A stretch of 35,747 bases of DNA from Octopus bimaculoides (lineage: Eukaryota): the NCBI RefSeq assembly GCF_001194135.2, contig NC_068988.1, positions 42,925,942 to 42,961,688 of the forward strand, given 5' to 3'. This document shows, in pieces, positions 9,421 to 20,959 of this stretch; positions within the stretch are counted from its first letter, which is position 1; every line of letters starts with the position of its first letter. A program made the translations under genes and the position numbers. The notes beneath the pieces are model-generated. The model had not been told where the DNA came from and made no database searches. It worked only from the letters and a program-made list of their open reading frames with translations.

Positions 9421-11489
9421 ATGAAAAAATAGTTGTAAAATTATATGTTCAATTTAAAGAAGAAATTGTACACTGTTCCACTAACAAATTGAAATGTTTG
9501 AGTTCGTATTGGACGTGTTTGACAATCTCAAATTTGTAACATTATTATTTAAACACATAGTAGATCATAATCAAGCGCGCCAATGAACCTAGAAAAAAAT
9601 ATGAATTTGTAATCTGAGTAGAGAAGTTTCAGGTTTCGAAGTTGTCCATAAATGCTCTCTCATTTTTCACTGGTTTGAAACAAAATCTGATGATCTGCTG
9701 AGCATTTGATCTTCATAAGAGTATATAGTTTTCATTTCGTCCTAAACAATTATCTGAAACCAGTTGCTATCGTTATTATTTAGCCCCAGGATAACGGTGA
9801 TAAAGCAAACCAATAAATAGCATTTCAGATGTGACCATTATATTGTTTTTGTGGTATCCTTTCTCTCCTTTTCAAGGTAACAGAGTGTAATTTAAGGAAT
9901 ATTTGAATCGTCCAGGCCTGTAGTGTTTTTATTTAGTGGAAATTTTGACGAGAATGTCCCATTAATATTCCTTGCGTTGGAATGCACGAATATATTTAGT
10001 ATAAGAAATTTCTTATATATTTATCTATTATATCTTTCCAGCTCAGGAGGATTAACATTCAGAGAGGAGTATTGTATTTTCGGATGCTTATAGGCCTTGA
10101 AACTAGGTTAGGCACAACGATCCTGTAAGCCCGTGACTATCCTAAAATCTGAGATTTTCCTACAGATGGGAACATGGGTCTTGCTGCTATCGATTAAAAG
10201 CTACTTCTGAAGTGTTACTATACAACATTCTAAGGCTGTCTGGACTTACTTAAGCTGTCCCTGCCATCTTTTGTCAATATCAGTATTTCTCTGTAAGCTT
10301 CCGAATCTTAATAACAATAGAGTAATCGCTCTGTAATCTGACCGTGTACACTAAATCTTGACATTATTACTGGTACTAGAAATGCATTATGTGGTAATGT
10401 CTTCTGGAAAGAAAACTTCGATCATCGTATTCTCCCTATTTTTATTCACAGCACATTTTAACTATTATCCAACTACTTCTAATATTTGTTCTGTAGAACA
10501 GAGAAGGCACAGAAAACATTATTGTGAATGCTTTTCGTTGGAAAGGAGATTTCACTCGTTAATCTATCCTGTAAAAGTAGTTCTTTTGGCCAAATTCCAT
10601 CTTTATATGAGCTGAAACCATTGTTATTAGATCCAGCTGTTTCCCAACTTTGTAGATATTCTTTCAGATCGTCAACGCAGAAATTTTGGGCTACGTTAAT
10701 ATTTTTGTGCTGTTGCAGATTCTAGCACATAACGACTGCACTTTTGTTAAAGAAATTACTAGATTTAGTGCCAAAATAAACAGAATCATATATAATAGTG
10801 ATTATAGTAGCAGGTACTTTTGCCAAATGTAAAGATTCCGATTCTATACTATTAGAAAGTTTCTGCATTAAACATTTTTTATTTCTTATGCTATAACTTT
10901 ATTATTTAAAACTTGTTCAACACATATTCACACTTCCTTCTTCCATCTGCTTCGTTGGAAAGTGAAGTAGCTATGACAAGCAACCATTGTAGACAAAGAA
11001 AAAGAAGTGATCTGACTAGCAACATTAACATCAGCTCACAAAAATCATTATATTTATATGTTGTACGGTTGAATGTACATTGTTGTTCGTTGTTGTTGTG
11101 GCAGCAACTGATGTCGTTAATGTTGCAAATGTTATTTCTTCTGTTGTGGCATAGTAATTGCCACTACTGTTGCTCTGCTACTGTTGTATTTGCTGGTTTG
11201 CTTTCCTTTCCCTATGATTATGTCGCGATTGTGATTGTTTTTGAGGTCCAGACTGACCCTATGATTAAAAGGAACTCAACCGTGACCACCCCTACTTATC
11301 TTTGCGCATATTGTAACTCAGACTATATAATGTAATGTTTACTTGCTTTTTTTAGTAGGGTTTGATTCAAGGTTGATTTGGCTGCTATTTTTAGTATATC
11401 GAACGATCACTCAGAGGCTCCTTCATTGGCTCTACTTCCGTTGCTGCGTATAGCTGTTGTTGTTATTATTGTCGTTGTTGTTATTATGG

Positions 11490-11675
11490 TTGTTGATTAG
11501 CCCCCAAGCCAATCCGAATTTCGCAACTCTGTAATCAAAGACATTCCAACCATGTCCATCCCGTCTTTTTTCAGCACATGTACGTTTACATTGACTTAAG
11601 TGTTGTGTCCTTTTATAAGACGGTCGGTTAGAAACTGATGAGATTTGGCTGCTCTTTCTAGCAGGTTAAGCGACT
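11490..11675 (+). repeat. Interspersed repeat family C (best copy)
   Basis: The motif GATTTGGCTGCTMTTTCTAGCAGG recurs at about 11375, 11642 and 32956 (+) and at about 2374, 5056, 5808 and 31301 (-). Confidence 0.65.
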
Positions 11676-11814
11676 TTGTAAAACTCTCTTGTTATTGCTG
11701 TTTGTATTAAGGCACTTCTTATCATCATTGAGATTAGTGTTGTTATTGTTTTATACTGTTACTGTTGTTTGTTTGTTGTTGCTGTCCTCTGTTATTACTG
11801 CTACCGCTGTTGTT

Positions 11815-12202
11815 CTTTTGTATTTTTATAGTTTCAGTCATTGGACTATGACCATGATAAGCACCCTCAACCCTTGCAGGTTTAGTCGAACAAATCGACC
11901 CCAATACTTATTTTCAAAGTCTAGTACTTATTCTATCGGTCCCTTTTACCGAACTGCTAGGTTACGGGGATGTAAACAATCCAACACCGGTTGTTAAGCG
12001 ATGAAGAGGGCAAACAGATACACAAAGAAACATACATAGATATGTACAAATATGTATAGAGAGCTTCTTTATAGTTTCCGTCTACTGAATCCACTCACAA
12101 GGATTCGGGTCAGCACGTAGCTATAGTAGAAGACATTTACCCAAGGTACCCGGGAGCGGTACTGAACCTGGAACCATGTGGTTAGGAAACAAATTTCTTA
12201 CC
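11815..12202 (-). mobile_element. SINE family A, near full-length
   Basis: Reverse complement of the 3' half (11815-12020) and of the head (12060-12202). Confidence 0.85.
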
Positions 12203-12214
12203 AATATTCTTACT

Positions 12215-12410
12215 AATTTTGACACAAGGCCAGCAACTTTGAAAGGAGGGGTAGATCGATCCCAGTACTCAACTGGTTCTTATTTTATCGAATGCAAAAG
12301 GATGCAATACAAAGTCGACCTCGACGGAATTTGAACTCAGAACATAAAGACAGACGAAATACCGATAAACATTTTGCCCGGAGTGCTAACAATTCTGCCA
12401 GCTCGATGCC
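12215..12410 (-). mobile_element. SINE family B
   Basis: AAAGTCGACCTCGACGGAATTTGAACTCAGAAC...TTCTGCCAGCTCG is the reverse complement of the family B head. Confidence 0.85.
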
Positions 12411-12440
12411 TTTGTTGTTGTTATTTTTGTTACTGTTTAG

Positions 12441-13585
12441 AAGGTGGCGAGCTGGCAGAAATGTTAGCACGTCGGGCGAAATGCATAGCGGTATTTCGGC
12501 TGTCTTTACGTTCTGAGTTCAAATTTCGCCGACGTCGACTTTGCCTTTCAACCTTTCGGGGTCGATAAATTAAATATCAGTTGCGTACTGGGGTCGATCT
12601 AATCGATTTGCATCCTCTCCCCAAATTTCGGGCCTTGTGCCTTGGTCAGAAAAGAATGTTTTTCTGCCGAGGTCGACTTTGCCTTTCATCCTTTCGGAGT
12701 CGATTAAACAAGTACCAGTTACGCACTGGTGTCGATGTAATCGACTTAATCCCTTTGTCTGTCCTTGTTTGTCCCCTCTATGTTTAACCCCCACCTCTGT
12801 TGACAATATAGAAATAAATATTGTTACTGTTTAGAGCGGTGAGCTGGCAAAATCGGTAGCACACGGGGCAAAACGCTTAGCGGCATTTCGTACGAATTTA
12901 CGTTATTAGTTCAAATTCCGCCGAGGTCAACTTTGCCTTTCATCCTTTTGGTGTCGATAAAATAAGTTGCAGCATTTTGTCCATCTTTATGTTCTGAAGT
13001 CAAATACCGTAGAAATCGACAATGCTTTTCACCCTTTCGGGACCGATAAAATAAGTACCAATTGAACACTGGGGGTCGATCTAATCAACTTATCCCATCC
13101 CGCGAAATTACTGGTCCTGTGCCAAAATTTGAAATCAATGTTGCTGCTGTTTAAGGAAAAGAGCCGGCAGAATCGTTACGTATCGGAGAAAGTGCTTAAT
13201 CGCATTTCTCCCAGCTTTACGTTCTGAACTCACATTCCGCTGAGATCGACTTTGCCTTTTTACCTTTCAAGGTCGATAAAATAAGTACCAGATGAGTACT
13301 GGGGTCCTTTTCTCAAAACACATTCCAGGCTTTGTGGAAAAGCAGAAAGAATATCGTCGGTGTTAAGATGGTAGGTCGGCAAAATCGTTCGCAGAAAAAG
13401 AATCTTAAAAAGTATTTCATTCAGCTTTTTACGTTCTGATTTCCAATTCCACAAAAGTCAAACTTACTCTGCATTCTTCAGAAGTCGATAAAATAAAATA
13501 CCAGACAAGTACTGAGGTAGATTTAACTGACCACCTTTCCTATCTTTCACACACAATTTCAGGCCTTGTTCCAAAGATAAAAACG
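12441..13585 (+). mobile_element. Tandem head-to-tail array of about 6 SINE family B copies
   Basis: Copies at about 12441-12658, 12662-12820, 12834-12966, 12970-13139, 13152-13310 and 13363-13585. Each has a variant of GAGTTCAAATTCCGCCGAGGTCGACTTTGCCTTTCATCCTTTCGGGGTCGATAAAATAAGTACCAG. Confidence 0.88.
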
Positions 13586-14089
13586 ATTACTATTGTTTTT
13601 ATTGATAATTCTATTTTAGTTGATTATTGTTGGTCTTGTTCTTTGCCTCCTGTTGCTGCTAGCATTCTTGCTAATACAATAACCGTTATTATTGTTGGTG
13701 TTGTTGCTAATACATATATTTTATAAGTTGTTATCGTAATGCATATTTCTGTTGTCCTCTGTCTATTGTTGCTATTATTGCTACTGTCGTTGTTGTTGTT
13801 GTTGTTCTTGTTGCTGCTGGCAATGTTACTATTGTTGTTGTTGTTGTTGTCTGAACCCAGCCAGATTATAAATATGCGAGTGGAGTAGAAGATTAAGGAG
13901 ACACAAAGAAAAGCCAGTCATTACGTTCTGTCTGCTTTTATTATTGTTTTTTTTTTTGTTTTCAAATAAGGGAGAAGGGAGTAGGGACGGGAGTCGGACG
14001 GACGGGCGGGTGGGCGAGCGGGCGGGCGGTGTTGGGTAGTGTTGGGTGGTGTGGGGCAATGTGAGACGAGGGTGTTGGAGCGATTTAGG

Positions 14090-15174
14090 GTGGCTTATGA
14101 GAACTATGTATGTATGCATGTATGTATATGTGTCTGTATGCATTATGTGTTTGTACATATGTATGTGTATATATGTATGCGTATATATGTATGTATATCT
14201 ACGTATGTAAGTGAGTGTATATGTATTTATGTGTGTGTGTTTATGCATGTATGTATATGTGTGTGTGTTAGTATATATATATATATATATATATATNNNN
14301 NNNNNNNNNNNNNNNNNNNNNNNNNNNNNNNNNNNNNNNNNNNNNNNNNNNNNNNNNNNNNNNNNNNNNNNNNNNNNNNNNNNNNNNNNNNNNNNNNNNN
14401 NNNNNNNNNNNNNNNNNNNNNNNNNNNNNNNNNNNNNNNNNNNNNNNNNNNNNNNNNNNNNNNNNNNNNNNNNNNNNNNNNNNNNNNNNNNNNNNNNNNN
14501 NNNNNNNNNNNNNNNNNNNNNNNNNNNNNNNNNNNNNNNNNNNNATGTATGCATGTATGTATGTATGTATGTATGTAACTGTATCGTATGTGTATGTGTG
14601 TTTATATCAGCTGTGTGACTGTGTATGTGTATATTGTATATGTACTATTATGTAATTTTCTATATACGTGGGTTTCTCGTGTGTGCATGTGTGTGTGTGT
14701 GTGTGTGTGTGTGTTCTGTGACTGTGTATGTGTTGGTGTGGCTGTGTGCGTGCAGTCGGTGTGTATGTGTGTTTGTGTGTGCGTGCGCAATCACTGTGTA
14801 TATGTGTGTGTGCGTGTGTGCTATCACTATGTATGTGTGTATGTGTGTGTGTGCACTCATTGTGTGTATGTGTGTGTGTGCAGCCACTGTATATGTGTGT
14901 TTGCAGCCACTGTATATGTGTGTGTGTGTGTATGTGTTGCATTATGTGTGTCTTGTATGTATGCTCCGTATGTATGTATGTAAGATAACTTCTATATTTT
15001 TCCACTGTATGTGTTTATCTTTGTTTGGGTTTAGCTCTGACCTACATAATATTATGAAAGCAAAATACAAAAGAAAAATAGAAACTTGTAAGATTAAGGG
15101 AGATAAATCTGAATTTTATGTCAGCATACTTGTATATGTTTATATATGTGTATGCGGTGTGTGTGTGTGTGTGT

Positions 15175-15210
<36 letters not shown>

Positions 15211-15432
15211 CTAGATAAATAGAGCAATGTATGCAGTACCCTCGTTATTTCTTTTCACCAGTAAGAATTCACAGCACAACATTCACACACGCACACATAC
15301 ACGCATGCACACATGCACACACACACATACAAATACACAGATACACACAAATGCACACATACCCACAAACACACACACACACACACATATATATACATAC
15401 ATATACATATATACATGCATACACACACATAT

Positions 15433-15492
<60 letters not shown>

Positions 15493-15495
15493 GTA
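14090..15495. repeat. Large compound (GT/TATG/TA/CA) microsatellite field with an embedded degenerate minisatellite
   Basis: Directly visible. Repeated CAGCCACTGTATATGTGTG-like units at about 14780-14935. Confidence 0.9.
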
Positions 15496-15537
15496 AGTGC
15501 GCGTGGATGTATGTGCAGAGAAATCTGAATATACATA

Positions 15538-16540
15538 CAGAGGGCGCAAGGTATTTGAGGACATAACTTTTTTGGTTCATTGCTGCATTTTTTGCTAACT
15601 CTGTATAATCTTCGCTTCAGAAAATAATAATGGCAGGCCTTCAGCTTACTCAAGAAATAAAGAGGCATGCTGTTACTGTGGTTATAAAGACTGAGCATAA
15701 TGATTTAGAAATATCTCGAGTTTTAAAAGTTGTCACATCTTTCGTCTACAGAGTTTGTAAGGAGGTAGAGACTGAAAATGGAAATGTATCACCAGTACCA
15801 GAGCATAAACAGCATTCTAAACGCTCTGAAATCATCAGAACACCTGAATTTATCCAGCAAGTTCAACAGACCATTGATTACAATCCCAGAAAGTCCATAA
15901 GGTCAATTGCAAAAGATCTCTATGTGTCAGAAGGAACAATCAGAAATGTTGTTCATGAAGGCATCAGGTATAAGTCTTATATGATGAGGAAAGGTCAATT
16001 TGTCCGCAAGAGCAAAAGAAAATCACTACATCATATCTAAAAGGCTCTTAAACAAATACAAAATTCCAGTAGAAGGAGATTTGATTTGGTCTTTCTCAAA
16101 CGAGAAAAGCTTCGATCAAGATCAAGAAGTTAACAGAAGAAATCACACATGGCTCTAGTAACACAGGAATGGATGGCTAAAAATTTTTATGATCGCATAA
16201 CTCCTAACATTTGGCCTTCTAATTCCCCAGATCTCAATCTATTGGAATATTATACGCGTATGTGGAGCGTTGTTGAGAGGGAGGTCAATAAACACGCCCA
16301 TAACACCAAAGAATCTATGAAAGCTGCTATAGTCAGAGTAATGTCCACAATGAATTAGGACCACTTGATTCGAGCATGTAGATGATTTAGATCTCATATA
16401 GAAGTAGTTGAAGCTGAAGGTGGTTTTATTGAATAACATAGAAAAGAAGGTCTGTTTTTATCCTCATAGCATTTTTTGATAAATAAAGTTATGTGTTTTT
16501 TTATAAACATAAATCTGTCCTCAAATATCTTACGCACTCT

Positions 16541-16541
<1 letters not shown>
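15538..16541 (+). mobile_element. Tc1/mariner DD37D (maT/Bmmar1-like) transposon, internally deleted
   Basis: 26-bp TIRs (15538-15563 CAGAGGGCGCAAGGTATTTGAGGACA and 16516-16541, 3 mismatches) flanked by TA on both sides, with a transposase remnant inside. Confidence 0.92.
15630..16436 (+). pseudogene. DD37D/maT-type transposase pseudogene
   Basis: HTH region RTPEFIQQVQQTIDYNPRKSIRSIAKDL, then FSNEKSFDQDQEVNRRN (first catalytic motif) and WPSNSPDLNLLEY (third motif). The segment carrying the QQD second Asp is missing at about 16154. Contains stops and frameshifts. Confidence 0.85.
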
Positions 16542-16596
<55 letters not shown>

Positions 16597-16644
16597 GCAG
16601 ATATATCTGAAGATATGTATATTTGTGTGCATTATGTGTATATG

Positions 16645-16686
<42 letters not shown>

Positions 16687-17024
16687 CACATGCATAAATT
16701 CATCCATCCATAGACACACACAAATATATATATATATATGCATGCATCCGTGAATATATCTACACATGCGCTGCCGTATTGTATATGCTATAACTGTCTT
16801 GTGTTAATTACTATCAGCAAAATTGCGTAATCACGAAAAGCCTATGCACATGCGTAACTGACCTGTTATAGAACAGCTTGGCTTTTGCTATGATGTTGTG
16901 GATGAAACGATTTCATTAGTTGCCAGCTTCTGATGTGTGAAATGTATTCCTAGTTGGAAAATGATTCCTTGAAATTATGAACATCAACGATTTTCACACT
17001 TCAGATGTTTTTATAATCAACTAT

Positions 17025-17355
17025 GACATCAATAAGAATCAACACTCTTTTGTGAAAGGATAATTCTGCAGAGACCGATGTTAAATGCATTATGCAGTTT
17101 GAAACATATCTTAAACTTATGGATGTCAAATGAAAACGATGAAATCGATTTATTTCTACAAGTTATGGCAGATACGGAAGGTAGTTTACTACATTGAAAT
17201 ATAATGGCCTGAAATAACAAAGGAAGGAACGAAATGTGTCATTCTTTAGTATTTGTGCGAATAAAACCCATCGCATCTAAATTTACGAGCAACAATATAC
17301 ATACATACACACATACATACATACATACAAACATACACACACATACATACATACA

Positions 17356-17403
<48 letters not shown>

Positions 17404-19315
17404 NNNNNNNNNNNNNNNNNNNNNNNNNNNNNNNNNNNNNNNNNNNNNNNNNNNNNNNNNNNNNNNNNNNNNNNNNNNNNNNNNNNNNNNNNNNNNNNNN
17501 NNNNNNNNNNNNNNNNNNNNNNNNNNNNNNNNNNNNNNNNNNNNNNNNNNNNNNNNNNNNNNNNNNNNNNNNNNCTTTGCGAACAAATAAAGATTTATCC
17601 TCTGAAACATTAGCTTGGATAGCCTAGCAATTACTTTGTCACATCTCTTAGACAAATATGAAATATTGTAAATTTCCTATATGATTTGCAGAAGAAGCCA
17701 TTAGTGACGCTTTTTGTGTCGATCTAAAAAGAGAAACCGATCGAAAGACGTTTGCCATAGTTTTGCCTTGACTCATAAAGCTGAGAAAATCTTAACGTTC
17801 TATGTATAATATTACTTCTATAGTCAGAGTGGTAGAGTCTATTATTGGTGTTATAGAAAATATAAAGTACAAAGGACCATAATCCTCTTGTTATTTTTGG
17901 GAAACAACTTCATTAGAAGCTTGAACTTGTTTTTGTTTTGGATCATGAATCTTATGTGATCGTAAAGAATGCCTTGCTATTGATAAAAGATGCCTTATCT
18001 TTTCTTTGTACTTTTATCTTTTGCCTGTTAAATCTTTGTACCACAGCAGCCATGCTGCGGCACAGTTTTCCCGGGTTTCAGTCGAACAAATCAACCCCAG
18101 CTTTTAGTTTTATGCTCGGTACTTATTCTATCGGTCACTATTGCCGAACCGGTATATAACGGGGACGTAAACAAACCAACTCTGGTAGTCAAACGGTGAT
18201 GAGAGATAAATGAAAAGACATATACATACACAAACGCACACAAACGTGTGCACACACGCACACACGCACGGACACTGGTGCATACACACATGCATATACA
18301 TCGAGTTTCAGTTTCCGTTTACCAAATTCACTCACAAGGCTTTAATCGACAAGTGGCTATAGTAGAAAGCGCATGACCAAGGTGCCGCGCAGTGGGACTG
18401 GACCCAAGACTACATGGTTGAGAAACAGGCTTCTTAACCACATAGCCACGCCTGCGCCTTAATTGTAAGAAGATAAAACGTTTTGCAAAGGCATTTAAAA
18501 AATCTTGTAAATGTCTGATCAAAACTAATTGTATCAGCAATATCATTAAATCAGGCATCTAAGATAAACTTTCCTTTTGGCATTGTAAATTATGCTGAAT
18601 TATTTTTAATTCGCCAAGACAGTGCAAATGGCTTGTTAGTAAATTATACACCAGGTCATCTCAATATCTTAATCTATTGGGGAATGAAACTTAACAAAAT
18701 TAGAAGAAAAATTGTAACTGCTGAAATAAACAACTGTTACTTTCTAACTGAAGTTCTTGTTCGTAGAATATCTGATCCAGCCAGCTTGGGATTCCTTACA
18801 TTATCACAGTTCCAATCCCTCCAGATTGAATCTAAAGGTAAACTTCTACACTTAACTGAATCTGCTGCACACATTGATCCGAAATTTAAAAGCGTATTTA
18901 GCAAATCCTCAGAAATTCAAATATTCATTAACTCAAGATTAGGAATTTCAGTGGAAGCCATACTAATACGTTGCTTCACGCAGAATTGGTTTGTTTGAAG
19001 GCCTCATATTCATTAAGGTTTAACTAAATAAATTACCGTTTGATAGAATAATTACATCTTCAAATTCGTAACGACATTCTCAAATTACAGTCCATAAAAG
19101 TTTTAGCAAAAGATGTATAGTGGTTGACTGTATTTATACTCTTAATGGATGCACTCGGCTTGAGACATTTCCAACGTCACACATTGTTTGAAACCATTCC
19201 GTGGTCATATAGTACAGCAGTCTGTGAATATGACCGTCGTGTTCCTTGGGACAGCTTCTGGCTGCATATTAGATAAAAAGAGGTTAGTCCATACTCGGTT
19301 AAACTTCCTCAATTC
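17025..19315 (+). pseudogene. Possible highly decayed hAT transposase, split by microsatellites and a SINE
   Basis: Colinear weak motifs: CERIILQRPML (about 17050), TFAIVLP*LIKL (about 17750), AAHIDPKFK (18864-18890, similar to ATxLDPRFK) and STAVCE..VF..TASGCILDKKR (about 19212-19285, similar to SSxxSERxFSxAGxxxxxKR). Confidence 0.35.
18012..18458 (-). mobile_element. SINE family A, full-length
   Basis: Reverse complement of the head (ends GCCACGCCTGCGCC) and of the 3' half, with an internal CA-rich tract. Confidence 0.88.
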
Positions 19316-19399
19316 AGTGGAAGAACGGGACATTGAATGATCCTCTGGACTCTCTCGCAGAGCAGCATTGCCGGTTTTGAATAAGTACGAGGGAGAGAG

Positions 19400-19402
<3 letters not shown>

Positions 19403-19491
<89 letters not shown>

Positions 19492-19560
19492 AGAGAGAGA
19501 GAGACAGAAAAAGAAATAGAGGGGAGAGAGAGACAAGGAAAGAAAGAAAGGAGAAGAGAA
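19403..19560. repeat. (GA)n microsatellite and purine tract
   Basis: Directly visible. Confidence 0.97.
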
Positions 19561-19624
19561 AGAAATTGCAAAAGAATTCCTTTCTTTCTCTAAGCATTTG
19601 ACTAGTACGTTATTTGTCAACAAT

Positions 19625-19740
19625 GGAAGGATGAAAGGCAATGATAACTTTGGCAGAATTTGAATTCAGAACTCTAGGAAACAGAATGATTACTGCAAGA
19701 TATCGTCCAGTGCACTAATGATTCTTCCAATCAACCACCA
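19625..19740 (-). mobile_element. SINE family B, degenerate 5' part
   Basis: GGAAGGATGAAAGGCAA...GGCAGAATTTGAATTCAGAAC is the reverse complement of the family B core and B-box. Confidence 0.6.
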
Positions 19741-19924
19741 TATCCCATTCAGCGGCCATAGTTGAAACCAAATTCACGGAAATAATCATTCTAGTACAGT
19801 TGATTTTCCCTGGGCATGTTACCAGATGCTCTCGTTCTCCATTGAGCAAAAAAAAAAAAAAAAAAAAAAAAAACGAAAGAGAAAGGAAAAATTGTAAATT
19901 CATGGTGATTAATTTACCGTTTCT

Positions 19925-20740
19925 ATGTATCATTATTTTTGGGACATCAAGGTACAGCTGGACCCTGATCGATAGCGACCACTATTTGAGTTACCAGCGC
20001 TTGGAAATTCTAAGGATCTTGATCAATTCTTTCGTATATTATTCAATGTAGATAAAATGTTTTGCTAAAATTACTTTACTTTTGTTTGCAGTAAAACAGT
20101 ACCAACGTTTTCCATTACCGACCGAATGTCTTGAAGTGGTTGAAAATAAAAAGACAATACGGCAGCGGTCTCGTTATCTATTCTGACACCTGGTTCACAA
20201 TTTTTTCTTGAAATTGATGTATCGTTAACGTCAATAGCTTCTGTTCCAGTGCAAAATGAACAGCCAATTTGCTTCTGTTCACATAATTTGATTGATACTG
20301 AAAAGAAACAGACCATTGTAGCTTTTCTAGTTAGGTCAGATCAATAGAAAAAATGTGACATCATCGATTAGCTCAAGAATTCAAACTTCTTACAGAAGAA
20401 TAAGCAGTAGCTCTTCTAGTTGATAGTCGCCTTAAATCCACTATTTAAATAGCTAAATTATGAAACATAATACGGTCTAAGAAGAGTAAATTTGGTTTAA
20501 GATGCCTTGAATTGAATTTCCACTATAGCTGATGAAAATAAATTCATGTCAAATGATGAACGGATAGTACTCATTTACCAGCGCGCCTTTAGTCAACTTG
20601 CAACAAGAATGCGTACTACAGTCTCAAAAAGTCATTTGTCTCAAGCTCTTGAATCCAAAATTCAAAATACCACTGAAGTCATGTATGGGTCTTCTGCAAC
20701 TCCCTCGAGACCGTTAAGATTAATGCCGTTAATATTCTGC
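19925..20740 (+). pseudogene. Ty3/Gypsy pol fossil (RT C-terminus, connection, RNase H, possibly integrase start)
   Basis: Frameshifted translations LDPDR*RPLFELPA, FPLPTECLEVVENKK, FFLEIDVSLTSIASVPVQNEQPICFCSHNL (RNase H, similar to ETDAS-AI-AVL-Q---PI-F-SR-L) and HRLAQEFKLLTEE*AVALLVDSR (similar to HYL-GR-F-L-TDQ-SV-F). Confidence 0.65.
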
Positions 20741-20959
20741 TTAAATCGCTGTAAGTTGATATCTGCGGAAAATAAATGAGCAAGAAGTTAATATTGTAGA
20801 GATGATGTTTTGAGTGAAAGGGCAAAGCAGAGCAGTTAGTATGAGTATGGTTGGAATATTGTGTTAAGAATATGCTTTTGCCAGAAGAGATCTTCAGCAA
20901 TTATGAGGTTCAATATCTGGAGGGATCGCGAGGACTGATCTTGCGTGCTACTCATGTTT

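Noticed and set aside
11634-11641. CTGATGAG hammerhead core
   Set aside because: No stem II or GAAA follows; it lies within a family C repeat.
12441-13585. CRISPR-like or tRNA gene array
   Set aside because: Units are long, diverged SINE copies with degenerate A/B boxes and no cloverleaf; there are no constant repeats with unique spacers, and the context is eukaryotic.
14588-15698. Many HT/CV/YI-repeat ORFs (His- or Cys-rich-looking proteins)
   Set aside because: These are translations of (CA)/(GT)/(TA) microsatellites with no coding signal.
18633-18998. 121-aa ORF as a host gene
   Set aside because: It has a non-ATG start and no recognisable host domain. Only the DPKFK motif is suggestive, and it is treated as possible hAT debris.
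20071-20316. Minus-strand 81-aa ORF and a strong-looking plus-strand splice acceptor at 20091
   Set aside because: The region is better explained as plus-strand Gypsy RT/RNase H. All three frames after the acceptor hit stops within about 30 codons.
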